From Spirochaetota bacterium (GTDB lineage Bacteria > Spirochaetota > UBA4802 > UB4802), in contig JBFLZD010000011.1 in NCBI GenBank assembly GCA_040756435.1, forward strand, positions 7,971 through 71,970: a stretch of 64,000 nucleotides of DNA. Reading direction: 5' to 3'. Below the pieces are notes generated by a model. The model did no database searches, was not told where the DNA came from, and saw nothing but the letters and a program-made list of their open reading frames with translations. The first letter of the stretch is position 1, and each line of letters starts with the position of its first letter. Both the position numbers and the translations under genes were made by a program. This document shows positions 1-9,839 of this stretch, one piece after another.

Positions 1-887
1 AGATTAAATACGACAAACTTTGTATTGCCACTGGTGCCACTCCTTCCGTGCCATCCATACCTGGCATCACGTCACAGGGTGTTTTCAGCGTTCGCACTAT
101 TGATGATGCAGATGCTATTATTAACCATATAAACAACGCATCTAACAAAAATGTTGTAGTGATTGGTGGTGGCCTTTTGGGACTGGAAACTGCATACAGT
201 TTGTGCAAGCGGGGATGCAGCGTAACAGTTATTGAATTTTTTGATAGGCTCCTGCCGCGCCAGCTTGATGGTGATGGAGCAACCATTGTAAAAAAGCTTC
301 TTGAGCAAAAGGGATTACAGTTTGTATTAGGTGATTCGGTTACGGAAATTATGGGCGATAGTTCCGCACAAATAGTCATCTGCAAATCAGGGAAAAAACT
401 TACCGCAAGCACTGTGATATTCTCAATGGGAATTAAACCAGAGACTACCCTGGCAAAGAATGCAGGGATTTTGGTAAACCGTGGAATAGTTATTGATAAT
501 TATCTGCAAACTTCCGAACCGGATATTTTTGCTGCGGGAGATCCAACTGAATACAATGGAATATGTTATGGAATATGGCCTGCCGCACGCGAACAGGGGA
601 AGCTTGCAGGATTAAATATGGCAGGAGTTAAACAGGAATACAAGGGTACATTGCATTCAGTATTGTTAAAAATAACAGGCATTGACCTTTACTCGGCAGG
701 TGATTTTACTAAAGAAGACACTCAATCCATAGTTCATAAAGCCGACAGCATATACGTAAAGTTTTTATATAATAATACTGAACCTGTGGCAGCAATTGTC
801 ATTGGTGACATGAATATTATAAAACTTGCCCGCAACGTTATGGAAAAAAAAGCTGAGATTGGTGAACTAATTGGGAAGTTTACATGA
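1..887 (+). CDS. FAD-dependent pyridine nucleotide-disulfide oxidoreductase, C-terminal part (5' end lies outside window)
   Basis: Frame 3 is open from nt 3. The translation YDKLCIATGATPSVPSIPGI followed by the second dinucleotide-binding motif VVVIGGGLLGLETAYSL is typical of NADH oxidase/nitrite-reductase-type flavoproteins. Stop at 887. Confidence 0.75.
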   Translation, partial: IKYDKLCIATGATPSVPSIPGITSQGVFSVRTIDDADAIINHINNASNKNVVVIGGGLLGLETAYSLCKRGCSVTVIEFFDRLLPRQLDGDGATIVKKLLEQKGLQFVLGDSVTEIMGDSSAQIVICKSGKKLTASTVIFSMGIKPETTLAKNAGILVNRGIVIDNYLQTSEPDIFAAGDPTEYNGICYGIWPAAREQGKLAGLNMAGVKQEYKGTLHSVLLKITGIDLYSAGDFTKEDTQSIVHKADSIYVKFLYNNTEPVAAIVIGDMNIIKLARNVMEKKAEIGELIGKFT

Positions 888-910
888 TTTTTGGTGATAT
901 TTAGGGGGTG

Positions 911-1170
911 TCTCAAAAGACATCTTTTTTGCAGTGAATTTTGCCTTCCTGTCATTGCCAGGAACGAAGTGACGAAACAATCCCATAGTTGCGAGTGTCG
1001 CAGGTACTCCTACTCGTCATTGCGAGAACCACCAGCGACGAAGCAATCTTTCTTTCTGTGCTATTGAGATTGCTTCGCTACGCTCGCAATGACTTTACAC
1101 TTGCGTCACTGCAAGGAACGACGTGACGTACACTGTGGTTATTGCAAGACCCACGGTTTGTTTTGAAACG
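911..1170. repeat. Mosaic nested-hairpin repeat, copy 1 (degenerate). It lies between two convergent genes.
   Basis: Contains the modules gtcattgcc/gaggaacgaagtgacgaa and cgaagcaatc, the inverse module gattgcttcg and ctcgcaatgac. It ends with cacggtttgttttgaaac like copies 4 and 5. Its left end tgtctcaaaagacatc is the reverse complement of the gatgtcttttgagaca end of copy 6. Confidence 0.65.
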
Positions 1171-1180
1171 GTTCCATAGT

Positions 1181-2338
1181 CTACTTCTCTTTGAGATACT
1201 TTTCAATTCTGTTTAAGCCTTCTTGAATATTTTCCAACGATGTTGCATACGAAAATCGTAAAAAACCCTGGCCGGCGCTACCAAAATCAATACCAGGAGT
1301 TACTCCAACTTTAACTTTCTCTATTATATTGAATGCTTCTGTATATGAATCACTACAGAAAGCACGTGCATCTGCAAACACATAGAATGCGCCTGTTGGC
1401 TCAACATGGATTGTAAATCCCATTGATTGTAATCGCTGAATCATATATTTACGCCTGATGTTGTATGTATTGCGCATATGTTCAACATCCTGCTTTGCGT
1501 GTCGTAATGCGGCAATACCAGCCCACTGAATAAAGTTATTTGCCGAAATCATAAAATTTTGATGAATACGCTGCATTACGTTTGAAAATTCTTTTGGGAA
1601 AATGCAATAGCCTAATCGCCAACCTGTCATTGCATAGAGTTTGGAAAAGCCATTTATAACAAATGCCTTATCAGTAAATTCAAGTATGGAATGCGCTCTA
1701 TCTTTATAGACAAGGCCATGATAAATTTCATCTGAAATGATAAATTGTTTATCAAACTGAGCTATTGTCTGCAGTGCGTCTTTACTCATGACAATGCCTG
1801 TTGGATTACAGGGTGAATTTAACATAATAGCTTTAGTTTTGGGGGTTATTTTTTTCTTTATGTCGTCAGGTCTATACTGAAAACCTTCTTCGGGATAGGT
1901 TATTATTTCATTTACAATTCCTCCTGCTGCAATGATAAAATTTTGATAACACGGATAGCGAGGATTTGATACAATAACATCTTCACCGGGATTAAGTATA
2001 GCAAGCATGGCAAAAAGAAGCGCAGGTGAAGTCCCTGTAGTAACCAGTATCTGATCAGGTGATAGTGACACATTATATTCATCGTAATAATATTCACAGA
2101 TTGCTTCACGCAATTCCAGTAAACCCAACGCGTGGGTATATTTTATTTTTTGTTTTTTCAATGCTTCTATGGCAGCTTCTTCAATAATTTTGGGTGTCAT
2201 GAAATCAGGCTCCCCAACTTCTAAGTGAATCACATGCTCACCTTTGCGTTCCAGCTCTTCGGCCTTTGCCATAACATCCATAACAATAAATGATGTAAAT
2301 TCATGTGCACGTTGTGATAGCATAGTGCGATAGTTCAT
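1181..2338 (-). CDS. PLP-dependent aminotransferase class I/II (aspartate/aromatic aminotransferase-like)
   Basis: 385 aa. Motifs SNPRYPCY, NSPCNPTG and the lysine region FSKLYAMTGWRLGY. ATG at 2338. Confidence 0.85.
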   Translation of the reverse strand: MNYRTMLSQRAHEFTSFIVMDVMAKAEELERKGEHVIHLEVGEPDFMTPKIIEEAAIEALKKQKIKYTHALGLLELREAICEYYYDEYNVSLSPDQILVTTGTSPALLFAMLAILNPGEDVIVSNPRYPCYQNFIIAAGGIVNEIITYPEEGFQYRPDDIKKKITPKTKAIMLNSPCNPTGIVMSKDALQTIAQFDKQFIISDEIYHGLVYKDRAHSILEFTDKAFVINGFSKLYAMTGWRLGYCIFPKEFSNVMQRIHQNFMISANNFIQWAGIAALRHAKQDVEHMRNTYNIRRKYMIQRLQSMGFTIHVEPTGAFYVFADARAFCSDSYTEAFNIIEKVKVGVTPGIDFGSAGQGFLRFSYATSLENIQEGLNRIEKYLKEK

Positions 2339-2600
2339 AATAATATACTCTCACTATTACAAAATTTTATGTAGAGTGTACACATATACTACAACGATAT
2401 TGCTTCCCCACAAGCAATTTGTTAATTACAGCTTCCTATTACAAGTTAACCAGCAAATCACTATCATGACAAGCCTAATTTACAGTAACTATCGCAAAAA
2501 AATAATAGCAACTATTGACAAAATTTCACTTTCACTTTATTTTAATCATTGATTCAATAAACAGTAACTATCCTGCATACTATAATAAGGGGTGAAGCCT

Positions 2601-3092
2601 ATGGTCCAGATTTTGATTTTATACTACTCCCGTTCAGGCAATACTAAGGAGCTTGCACAGGCAATAGCAGAAGGCGTTAAACAGGTTGAGGGTGCTCAGT
2701 GCATACTGCGTTCAACAGAAGAAGTGACCAAAGATGATTTTTTGAATTCACAGGGCATTATTGCAGGATCACCGGTATATTTTGGCACAATGGCAGCTGA
2801 ATTAAAACGTTTGTTTGATGATTATGTTATTATTAGACGTAAGATGGAAAACAAAGTAGGCGCTGCATTTGCTACTTCAAGTGATCCATCAGGTGGTAAG
2901 GAAACCACACTCCTTTCAATATTGCAGGCTATGCTCATCTACGGGATGGTTATTGTTGGTGATCCTATGGAAGCAACAGGTCATTACGGTGTTTCTTGCA
3001 TTGGTTCTCCTGACGAAAAGACAAAAAAGAATGCAGCACTGCTGGGTAAACGTGTTGCTGAATTAGCAAAAAAACTCTGGGATAAACAGTGA
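2601..3092 (+). CDS. Flavodoxin-like FMN-binding protein (NADPH-dependent FMN reductase / WrbA-like)
   Basis: ILILYYSRSGNTKELA is a flavodoxin-type FMN phosphate-binding loop. RBS aagggg lies 8 nt before the ATG at 2601; the ORF track starts it at the GTG at 2592. Its stop overlaps the ispD start (GTGA). Confidence 0.7.
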   Translation: MVQILILYYSRSGNTKELAQAIAEGVKQVEGAQCILRSTEEVTKDDFLNSQGIIAGSPVYFGTMAAELKRLFDDYVIIRRKMENKVGAAFATSSDPSGGKETTLLSILQAMLIYGMVIVGDPMEATGHYGVSCIGSPDEKTKKNAALLGKRVAELAKKLWDKQ

Positions 3093-3796
3093 AACATTGT
3101 GCCATCATAGTAGCAGGTGGTATGGGACAGCGTATGGGTGCTGCTGTCCCAAAACAATTTTTACAGCTTGGCACCAAACCTCTTATTGCATGGTCAATTG
3201 AAACATTAGCTGTATCACAATTAATTGATAGCATAATAATAGCCATTCATCCTGAATACAAGCAACAGCTGGAAGATGTCATCAACACATATTTTCCTGA
3301 TACTACCATTATCATCACGCATGGTGGACAAACACGCCAGGAATCCTGCTTTAATGGATTGCAAGCGTGCAATTTTTCCAGTGATGATATTGTGCTGATT
3401 CATGATGCAGCACGCCCCTTTATAACTATTAGTATGATTAAGCAGTGCATTGATGTAGCTACACTGCACGGTGCATGTGGTATGTATGTTCCTGTAAAAG
3501 AAACGATTGCACAGGTGAATGATTCTACAATAACGCACGTTTTACCACGTGAAATTCTCTATGCAGCACAAACACCGCAATGCTTTCGGTATTCAATAAT
3601 TATTGATGCCCACAAAAAAGCACGCCAGCGTAATATTACTCATGCTACCGATGATGTGTCGCTGGCTTTACTTGCCGGATATACAGTAAAAGCCATAACA
3701 GGAGATTTTTATACAAACATAAAGATTACTACAAACGAAGATATGGAGTTAGCAAAATTGTTAATAAAGGATAAGGGAATAAAGAATATTAGGTGA
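3089..3796 (+). CDS. ispD: 2-C-methyl-D-erythritol 4-phosphate cytidylyltransferase
   Basis: AIIVAGGMGQRMGAAVPKQFLQL matches the IspD N-terminal signature. Length 235 aa. GTG start overlaps the stop of the preceding gene. Confidence 0.85.
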   Translation: MKHCAIIVAGGMGQRMGAAVPKQFLQLGTKPLIAWSIETLAVSQLIDSIIIAIHPEYKQQLEDVINTYFPDTTIIITHGGQTRQESCFNGLQACNFSSDDIVLIHDAARPFITISMIKQCIDVATLHGACGMYVPVKETIAQVNDSTITHVLPREILYAAQTPQCFRYSIIIDAHKKARQRNITHATDDVSLALLAGYTVKAITGDFYTNIKITTNEDMELAKLLIKDKGIKNIR

Positions 3797-3827
3797 TTTG
3801 GGTTGTAGGAATATTTTAATAATATTG

Positions 3828-4532
3828 CTAATCTATCTTTATCTTTTTGATGTGCCCCAGCTGTTTTATTTCATCAAAAAGCAACCGTATACTGAAATCT
3901 TCGTCCATACGGCAATGCACAATCAGATCTGATGTATGGTTTTCTACATCTTCGGTAATGGATACCTGTCGTATGTCAATATCACCAGCATGTGTCTTTA
4001 CTGCTGCTAAAATCTGCTTTGCTGCAATAGCATCGGAATAATAGGTTATCTGCAATATTCTGATTTTCTTCTGTTCAACAAGCCACAGCTCAACTTTTTC
4101 AAATACCTGTAATGTTACCACCAGTAGCACCGTAGCCAAGGCCCCTAAAAAATAAAACCCAGCACCAAATACCATGCCAATGCCTGATGTTGTCCATATT
4201 GTTGCCGCGGTAGTTAGTCCTCGTATGCTGAATCCATATTTAAAAATTGCGCCTGCACCCAGAAATCCAATGCCGCTAATCACCTGTGCAGAAAGCCGTG
4301 CGGGATCACCAGAACCAGGTGAATACACATAGGGAATAAAATATGACAAAATCATAATAATGCATGCGCCCAAAGATAAAACCATGTGTGTACGCAAACC
4401 TGCAGGTTGATAGTGACGCTCGCGTTCAAAACCTATACAGAACCCTGCAATAATTGCACACATAATTCGTACAAGCACTGTAACGGGGTGCAACACATCA
4501 AGACCGGTAATGGTATCAATGACTGAACTCAT
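3828..4532 (-). CDS. MgtC/SapB family membrane protein
   Basis: AGFCIGFERERHYQPAGLRTHMVLSLGA is the MgtC signature. Several TM segments. The C-terminal half resembles the MgtC soluble domain. Confidence 0.7.
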   Translation of the reverse strand: MSSVIDTITGLDVLHPVTVLVRIMCAIIAGFCIGFERERHYQPAGLRTHMVLSLGACIIMILSYFIPYVYSPGSGDPARLSAQVISGIGFLGAGAIFKYGFSIRGLTTAATIWTTSGIGMVFGAGFYFLGALATVLLVVTLQVFEKVELWLVEQKKIRILQITYYSDAIAAKQILAAVKTHAGDIDIRQVSITEDVENHTSDLIVHCRMDEDFSIRLLFDEIKQLGHIKKIKID

Positions 4533-5907
4533 GCAATTGTTCTTTTAATAATTGTATTTGATTTTCAATGCTTTCAAGTGAAGTGCTTCCATATGATTTT
4601 TTTCGTTCAGTTGATTTCTCAGGGTCAAGGTATTCATAAATGTCAGCATCAAATTTTTCTGAAAATTTCTTAAATTCATCCAATGGTAAAGTAAAAAAGT
4701 CTTTATTGTTATTTTCACAATACTTAACAATTGAACCAACTATCTCATGAGCCTGCCTGAAAGCAATACCTTTCATAACAAGATAATCAGCAATATCAGT
4801 TGCAGTGGAAAAATTTTTATATAATGCATTCTTTGTTATTTCTTTATTCACTGTCATATGTTCAATCATCTCGGCCATGCCTTTCAGCACCAATTTCACA
4901 GTATCAATGGAATCAAAGAGAGGTTCTTTATCTTCCTGTAAATCGCGGTTATAGGTCATTGGGAGCCCTTTTAGCACTGTCAACAATGAAATTAAATTGC
5001 CATATAACCTGCCCGTTTTCCCACGTATAAGTTCAGCAACATCGGGGTTGCGCTTCTGAGGCATAATGGATGAGCCTGTTGTAACGCTATCAGATAGCTT
5101 TATAAAATTGAATTCGGCTGTTGACCACACAATCAAATCTTCTGCCAAGCGTGATGAATGCATACCCACCATTGCAGCAAAGTACAAAAAGTCAGCAATA
5201 AAATCTCTGTCACTTACTGCATCCATTGAATTATGTGCGATAGTTGTAAAATTCAGCTCTTTAGCAACATAGTGCCTGTCTGTGGTATAATTAACTCCTG
5301 CCAGAGCTCCGCTTCCTAAAGGAAGGACGTCTGCAGAAGTGAATGCAAATTTCAGCCGTTTGAGATCACGCAGATACGCCCAGGCATATACCAGAAGATG
5401 ATGGCTGAAGCGCACAGGCTGTGCTATCTGCAAGTGTGTATACCCCGGCATAACGATATGTTTATGTTCATCAGCTTTCTTTATCAACTTTTGTATCAAA
5501 TCAACACAAAGTTTTTGTATATCGTTAATTTCGTTTTTCAAATACAATCGTACATCGGTGACTACCTGATCATTTCGTGAACGTGCAGTGTGTAACCTCC
5601 TTCCTGCATCGCCAATAAGCTCCGTTAATCTTGCTTCAATATTCATGTGAATGTCTTCAAGCTTTTCGTTAAAAGGGAATGTGCCTTCTTCAATTTCTTT
5701 CTGTATTGTTTGTAAACCATTTATAATTGCATTGCAATCATCCTGGGATAGTATACCCTGTTTTGCTAACATTTTGGCATGTGCAATGGAACACTGTACA
5801 TCATGTTTGTATAACCTGACATCAAAATGCAATGATGTAGATATCTGTTCTGTAACTTTAGAGGTTGTATCACTAAACCTTCCACCCCATAGTTTTTTGT
5901 TTTTCAA
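4516..5907 (-). CDS. argH: Argininosuccinate lyase
   Basis: 463 aa. N-terminal KLWGGRF and the fumarate-lyase motif GSSIMPQKRNPD. TTG start at 5907 preceded by the RBS aggaga. The 3' end overlaps the MgtC gene by 17 nt. Confidence 0.9.
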   Translation of the reverse strand: MKNKKLWGGRFSDTTSKVTEQISTSLHFDVRLYKHDVQCSIAHAKMLAKQGILSQDDCNAIINGLQTIQKEIEEGTFPFNEKLEDIHMNIEARLTELIGDAGRRLHTARSRNDQVVTDVRLYLKNEINDIQKLCVDLIQKLIKKADEHKHIVMPGYTHLQIAQPVRFSHHLLVYAWAYLRDLKRLKFAFTSADVLPLGSGALAGVNYTTDRHYVAKELNFTTIAHNSMDAVSDRDFIADFLYFAAMVGMHSSRLAEDLIVWSTAEFNFIKLSDSVTTGSSIMPQKRNPDVAELIRGKTGRLYGNLISLLTVLKGLPMTYNRDLQEDKEPLFDSIDTVKLVLKGMAEMIEHMTVNKEITKNALYKNFSTATDIADYLVMKGIAFRQAHEIVGSIVKYCENNNKDFFTLPLDEFKKFSEKFDADIYEYLDPEKSTERKKSYGSTSLESIENQIQLLKEQLHEFSH

Positions 5908-6244
5908 AGCTGTTCTCCTGTAGAAATAGAATTATAATGCACTGTCATTTTAAGAAGCACAGTGACTTAAGAATCTCATGTTTATTACATTGAAATTTTT
6001 CAATTAAATTAGAATGATATCCTATTACTTTCATCAAATTAACCTGTAATAGCCATGACTATCAATTGCTAAATACTTTTTTTTCAAAGCTATAGTAAAT
6101 CATTTCATTGAAATTATATAATAAAAATGTATATCAATCATCTCCAGTGGTAGGAGTGCATACTTCATATTTCACTAAATAATTTTTTAGGAATTACTAC
6201 TGATTATTATCAGTAATTTATTTATGTCAAGTATAAAGGGGAAT

Positions 6245-7234
6245 CTACGATTTGATATTTTTTAGTATTATGTCAAGATAGTTGTCTAATTCCCCAATAA
6301 GAGGTTTTAATTCATATTCTAGTATATCTGAAAGGCTGACTATATCATTATTTTCCATTATTTCTACAATTTCGGATAACATATCTTGTAATCTGATATT
6401 CAATTCTTCAAGTGATTGATCATTATAGACAATGTCAGCCAGATTTATGCCAAATACCGGTGATACCTGATAGCAGGTTCGCATGTATAAATAAAGGAAA
6501 TCCACAAGTGTATGTATAATCTCCAGTGCTTCATTATCTTTACCTTTTTGATACAGGCTGGCTATCGCCTCTAAATTATTCACCTGCTTTGAAATCATAG
6601 ATTTTAAATCCAGCAGTGTCTGAAAAAGAACATCCGGCGAATCCACACTCTGAATAATAAGATGCTTCAGTGCATCACTGCAAAGTAAAACTCTGAATAA
6701 TGTTGTTACATCATGAAACAATTCATGAATTTTATTAACATCACTATTGGTCCTATTTTCACTTATCATGTTTTGCAATGATTTAATTGAATCAATATAT
6801 TGCTGTACCGTCATATCTTTAAACCGCACATCTTCCCTTTCAAGGCCAAGCATATGCAATACCGACTGTAATACTGAAATAATCCATTCTATACCATAGT
6901 GCAACTGAGTAAACTCATTATCAGTTAATTGCGCAATTGACTCTTTATCTTTTAAATACTGTTCGGCTCTATTACAATATGCAATACCTTCTTTTATGGA
7001 ATCAATCACCACATCACCCACAGACTGGACAAAGCAATTAATATTTTTAATGTCATGTATTGGCGTATCGGGGGCCGAGTCTGGCTGATACAGCACTCCA
7101 TCAACAATAGCACCTGAAAATATCAGGCTTCGCTCTGATGCCCAGCTATGAACTGAACTCATCACATCTTTTACAGTACTTTCTTTTTCTATGGTAAAAT
7201 CAACAGGATGATCATTGATTAAAAGCTGCATCAT
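6245..7234 (-). CDS. Uncharacterized 329-aa protein at the distal end of the filament operon (the position where fliS is expected)
   Basis: RBS aagaggt before the ATG. Starts 20 nt after the fliD stop, in the same orientation. I recognise no domain. It is acidic and predicted helical. Confidence 0.5.
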   Translation of the reverse strand: MMQLLINDHPVDFTIEKESTVKDVMSSVHSWASERSLIFSGAIVDGVLYQPDSAPDTPIHDIKNINCFVQSVGDVVIDSIKEGIAYCNRAEQYLKDKESIAQLTDNEFTQLHYGIEWIISVLQSVLHMLGLEREDVRFKDMTVQQYIDSIKSLQNMISENRTNSDVNKIHELFHDVTTLFRVLLCSDALKHLIIQSVDSPDVLFQTLLDLKSMISKQVNNLEAIASLYQKGKDNEALEIIHTLVDFLYLYMRTCYQVSPVFGINLADIVYNDQSLEELNIRLQDMLSEIVEIMENNDIVSLSDILEYELKPLIGELDNYLDIILKNIKS

Positions 7235-7253
7235 ATACCTCTTATTTTAATAA

Positions 7254-9275
7254 TTAATCGCCAGTTTGATTTTTCAAATTTTTCATTTGTTGATCCAGCC
7301 AGTTGCTCTGTGACTTGGATCCTGAGATAGCCTTTTCCATGGAAGCAAATTTTTGCCTTAATTTCTGTTCATACGCTTTCAGATGCTCCTGCTTTCGTTC
7401 AATGCGCTCATCAGTAGCTTTAATAGATGCATCCTCCAGATCCATTTTTGCTACTATGATGTTTTTACCTGCGCTAACATACGGATCCAGGATACTTTCC
7501 ATCTTAAAAGCCAATCCATTATCAATCCGGTTATCGCCATCATTATCCGAACCAAAGAAATCCTGAACACCTTCCGGATTTTCTGACAGCACCTCAACAA
7601 GCTTTGCCTCATCTATTATCAGCTTGCCTTCTCTTATTGTTTCCCACTTTGCATTTATTTCACCGGTTGAAACTCCAATCTGATAAAGCATTTTAACCGG
7701 TTTTTCTACATTTGATGGATAAGCGGAGCTAATTGCGGTCTTCAATGCATTTTGCAACCGCATAAGAGTCATATCCCCAATAAAAATACCGTTTTTATAT
7801 TTATCTTTTTGATAATCACCAACTTTGTCACTTTTTGCTGCTTTTGTTAATTCATTATTAAATGTAAGATAATCATTATATGCTTCAACAAATTTCTTTA
7901 TTTTTTCAACTGCTGTTTCAGTATTCTGACGTATTGTTATAGTAACGGGTTTCGTTGAAGTGCCTAAGAGATTAAGGGTTACCCCCTTTAATACATCATC
8001 AATACCGCTATTTTTGGGTCTAACTATCTCAACTCCATCAAGTTTTATTTTTGCATCATTTGCTTCAGCTATAACATTTTTTGGCTCAAGTATTCCTTCC
8101 CCTTTTATCTCGGTAATCAGTGAGGCATCTTGAAACGTAGCTTTGCCATCATTACAGTAGAACAAAATTTTTGTTATCTTTTTATCTGCAAAATCCTGCC
8201 CTACCGGTATTTCCTGTTTGCCCTGTTTATTTGGGTCTAGCTTATATATTTTTTCAGTACGTTTGCCATCTTCAATCGAAACTACTCCAACACCAATAAT
8301 ATCTTCAACCTCTTTTTTTGGTTTCTTTTCAAGAGGTCGTTCACGGGAAACATTATACCCTTTCAGTTCAATACCTTTTATAACAGTTGTTTCATCAGGA
8401 CCTATCTCAACTTTATAGGGTATTACTTCATCTTCCGATTTTTCTTTTGAATATGTAACATTCAACTCAAGTATTGACTGCTTTTGTGCTTTGTACTCAA
8501 CCGGTAAAATATACTCACGCCATAATTTGGCATCTATTGTTAGCATTTTCCCTTCTTTATCAACTGTCAGAGTACCATCTTCATCCTCTACAGGTTTGTC
8601 ACCAGTATAACCTGTAAAATATTTTGTATCAAAGATTATTCGCTGGGATTCTTTTGCTGCGCCTTTTTCACCTTTTACAAGGCCAATCTTTTTTAAGTAC
8701 TCTTCGTCACCGCGTATTTTTAATTCACCCTTTTTTCCCGGCACTTTTGATTCAATAGTTAAAATACTTTTATCATCGATAGTTTTAATTGTTGTTGCCG
8801 AAACAACACTGGATGCAATTTCATTAATTTTGTCGCTCAATGTTTTGATATTACCACCACGGAATTTTATGGTATATGAATTTCCATCTACTTCAATGCT
8901 GAAAGTTCCTGCGGGCAATATTTCATCTTCTTTAATCTGATCAGTGGATATTTTGTGGGATGAAGCTAAATTCAATACTTCAAGTGTATGTGTGCCATTC
9001 ACTGCATGCCGTGATGCCTGAGCCTGCAAAACACCAGTATCAGAAACCTGGACACCTTTTTCCTTGAATGGTGACCTGAAACCATATAAATCTTTAGTTG
9101 CATTGTTTAATGTATTAAGTTTTGTTTGCAGCTGACGTAAAGCTTCCTTACGGAGAGAATAATTATCTTTTTCCTCCTGCCATTGTATAATAGGCCTGGC
9201 TTCTACTTCAACCAGCTTTTGAATTATCTGGTCGGTATCCATCCCTGATGCTACGCCGCCTAAAGTGACTGGCAT
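7254..9275 (-). CDS. fliD: Flagellar filament capping protein FliD
   Basis: 673 aa. The N-terminal GGVASGMDTDQIIQKLVEVEARPI and the C-terminal ESILDPYV...KQEHLKAYEQKLRQKFASMEKAI are the FliD N and C domains. RBS gaaggga. Confidence 0.85.
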   Translation of the reverse strand: MPVTLGGVASGMDTDQIIQKLVEVEARPIIQWQEEKDNYSLRKEALRQLQTKLNTLNNATKDLYGFRSPFKEKGVQVSDTGVLQAQASRHAVNGTHTLEVLNLASSHKISTDQIKEDEILPAGTFSIEVDGNSYTIKFRGGNIKTLSDKINEIASSVVSATTIKTIDDKSILTIESKVPGKKGELKIRGDEEYLKKIGLVKGEKGAAKESQRIIFDTKYFTGYTGDKPVEDEDGTLTVDKEGKMLTIDAKLWREYILPVEYKAQKQSILELNVTYSKEKSEDEVIPYKVEIGPDETTVIKGIELKGYNVSRERPLEKKPKKEVEDIIGVGVVSIEDGKRTEKIYKLDPNKQGKQEIPVGQDFADKKITKILFYCNDGKATFQDASLITEIKGEGILEPKNVIAEANDAKIKLDGVEIVRPKNSGIDDVLKGVTLNLLGTSTKPVTITIRQNTETAVEKIKKFVEAYNDYLTFNNELTKAAKSDKVGDYQKDKYKNGIFIGDMTLMRLQNALKTAISSAYPSNVEKPVKMLYQIGVSTGEINAKWETIREGKLIIDEAKLVEVLSENPEGVQDFFGSDNDGDNRIDNGLAFKMESILDPYVSAGKNIIVAKMDLEDASIKATDERIERKQEHLKAYEQKLRQKFASMEKAISGSKSQSNWLDQQMKNLKNQTGD

Positions 9276-9341
9276 ACATGTATCCCTTCATGTAAGATAA
9301 TAGTAAAGATAGCAATGTACCCATACTATTTCAATACATTA

Positions 9342-9349
9342 TCGGCAAA
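9342..9349 (-). promoter_or_regulatory. Putative sigma-28 -10 element (GCCGATAA on the minus strand) upstream of fliD
   Basis: The plus strand reads TTATCGGC, which is GCCGATAA on the minus strand. This perfectly matches the FliA -10 consensus and lies about 70 nt upstream of the fliD ATG. The -35 (cTTTAg) is weak. Confidence 0.35.
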
Positions 9350-9385
9350 ATTTACCAATCACTAAAGCGACATATTACAACAAAA

Positions 9386-9712
9386 TTATCGTGATTCATC
9401 GATAAACATGCCTATCATTTCCCTGATCTGAGCAGCAAGCCTGATTACCTCTTTTGGAGGTATTTCCCGTATCACTTCATTATTGTTGGCATCCAGAACA
9501 CGCATAACAATTCTGTCAGTCTTTTCATCAACTGAGAATGCTATACGATTGTTGACTGTTTTTGCCGCTGCATTCAGCATGTCTACAGCATCATTCAAAC
9601 TTTCCTTTGTAAAACGGGGTTCTTCATATCCCCTGTTCTCGTTTCGTGCTTCAGGCTGCTTAACCTTGAAAGCATTTACAGGCATATTCCCCGAAACTTT
9701 GCTAATATCCAT
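9386..9712 (-). CDS. flaG: Flagellar protein FlaG
   Basis: 108 aa. AFSVDEKTDRIVMRVLDANNNEVIREIPPKEVIRLAAQI is the FlaG family core. RBS aaggaggt. Confidence 0.8.
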   Translation of the reverse strand: MDISKVSGNMPVNAFKVKQPEARNENRGYEEPRFTKESLNDAVDMLNAAAKTVNNRIAFSVDEKTDRIVMRVLDANNNEVIREIPPKEVIRLAAQIREMIGMFIDESR

Positions 9713-9772
9713 ACAAGTTACCTCCTTGTATACTTTAAAAACCTTCCCTGTACAAAATTTGAAAAAATTTTT

Positions 9773-9802
9773 GCCCTCTCCTCGTAAATTCTAAGAGAGG
9801 GC
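9773..9802 (-). terminator. Hairpin between the flagellin gene and flaG; possible terminator or attenuator
   Basis: An 8-bp GC-rich stem (GCCCTCTC / GAGAGGGC) with a 14-nt loop. On the minus strand it is followed by AAAAATTTTTT, 40 nt after the flagellin stop codon. Confidence 0.3.
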
Positions 9803-9839
9803 AAATCCCGGTCGGCACTGCGGTAACCGGATATTCCCC

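Noticed and set aside
7303-7586. Antisense ORFs inside fliD, cheA, MCP, GldG and others (for example 7303-7566, 8218-8418, 38141-38365, 49190-49591, 51573-51869, 54623-55108)
   Set aside because: Each is fully embedded in the opposite strand of a well-supported gene. They are low-complexity with no RBS, the usual shadow ORFs of AT-rich coding DNA.
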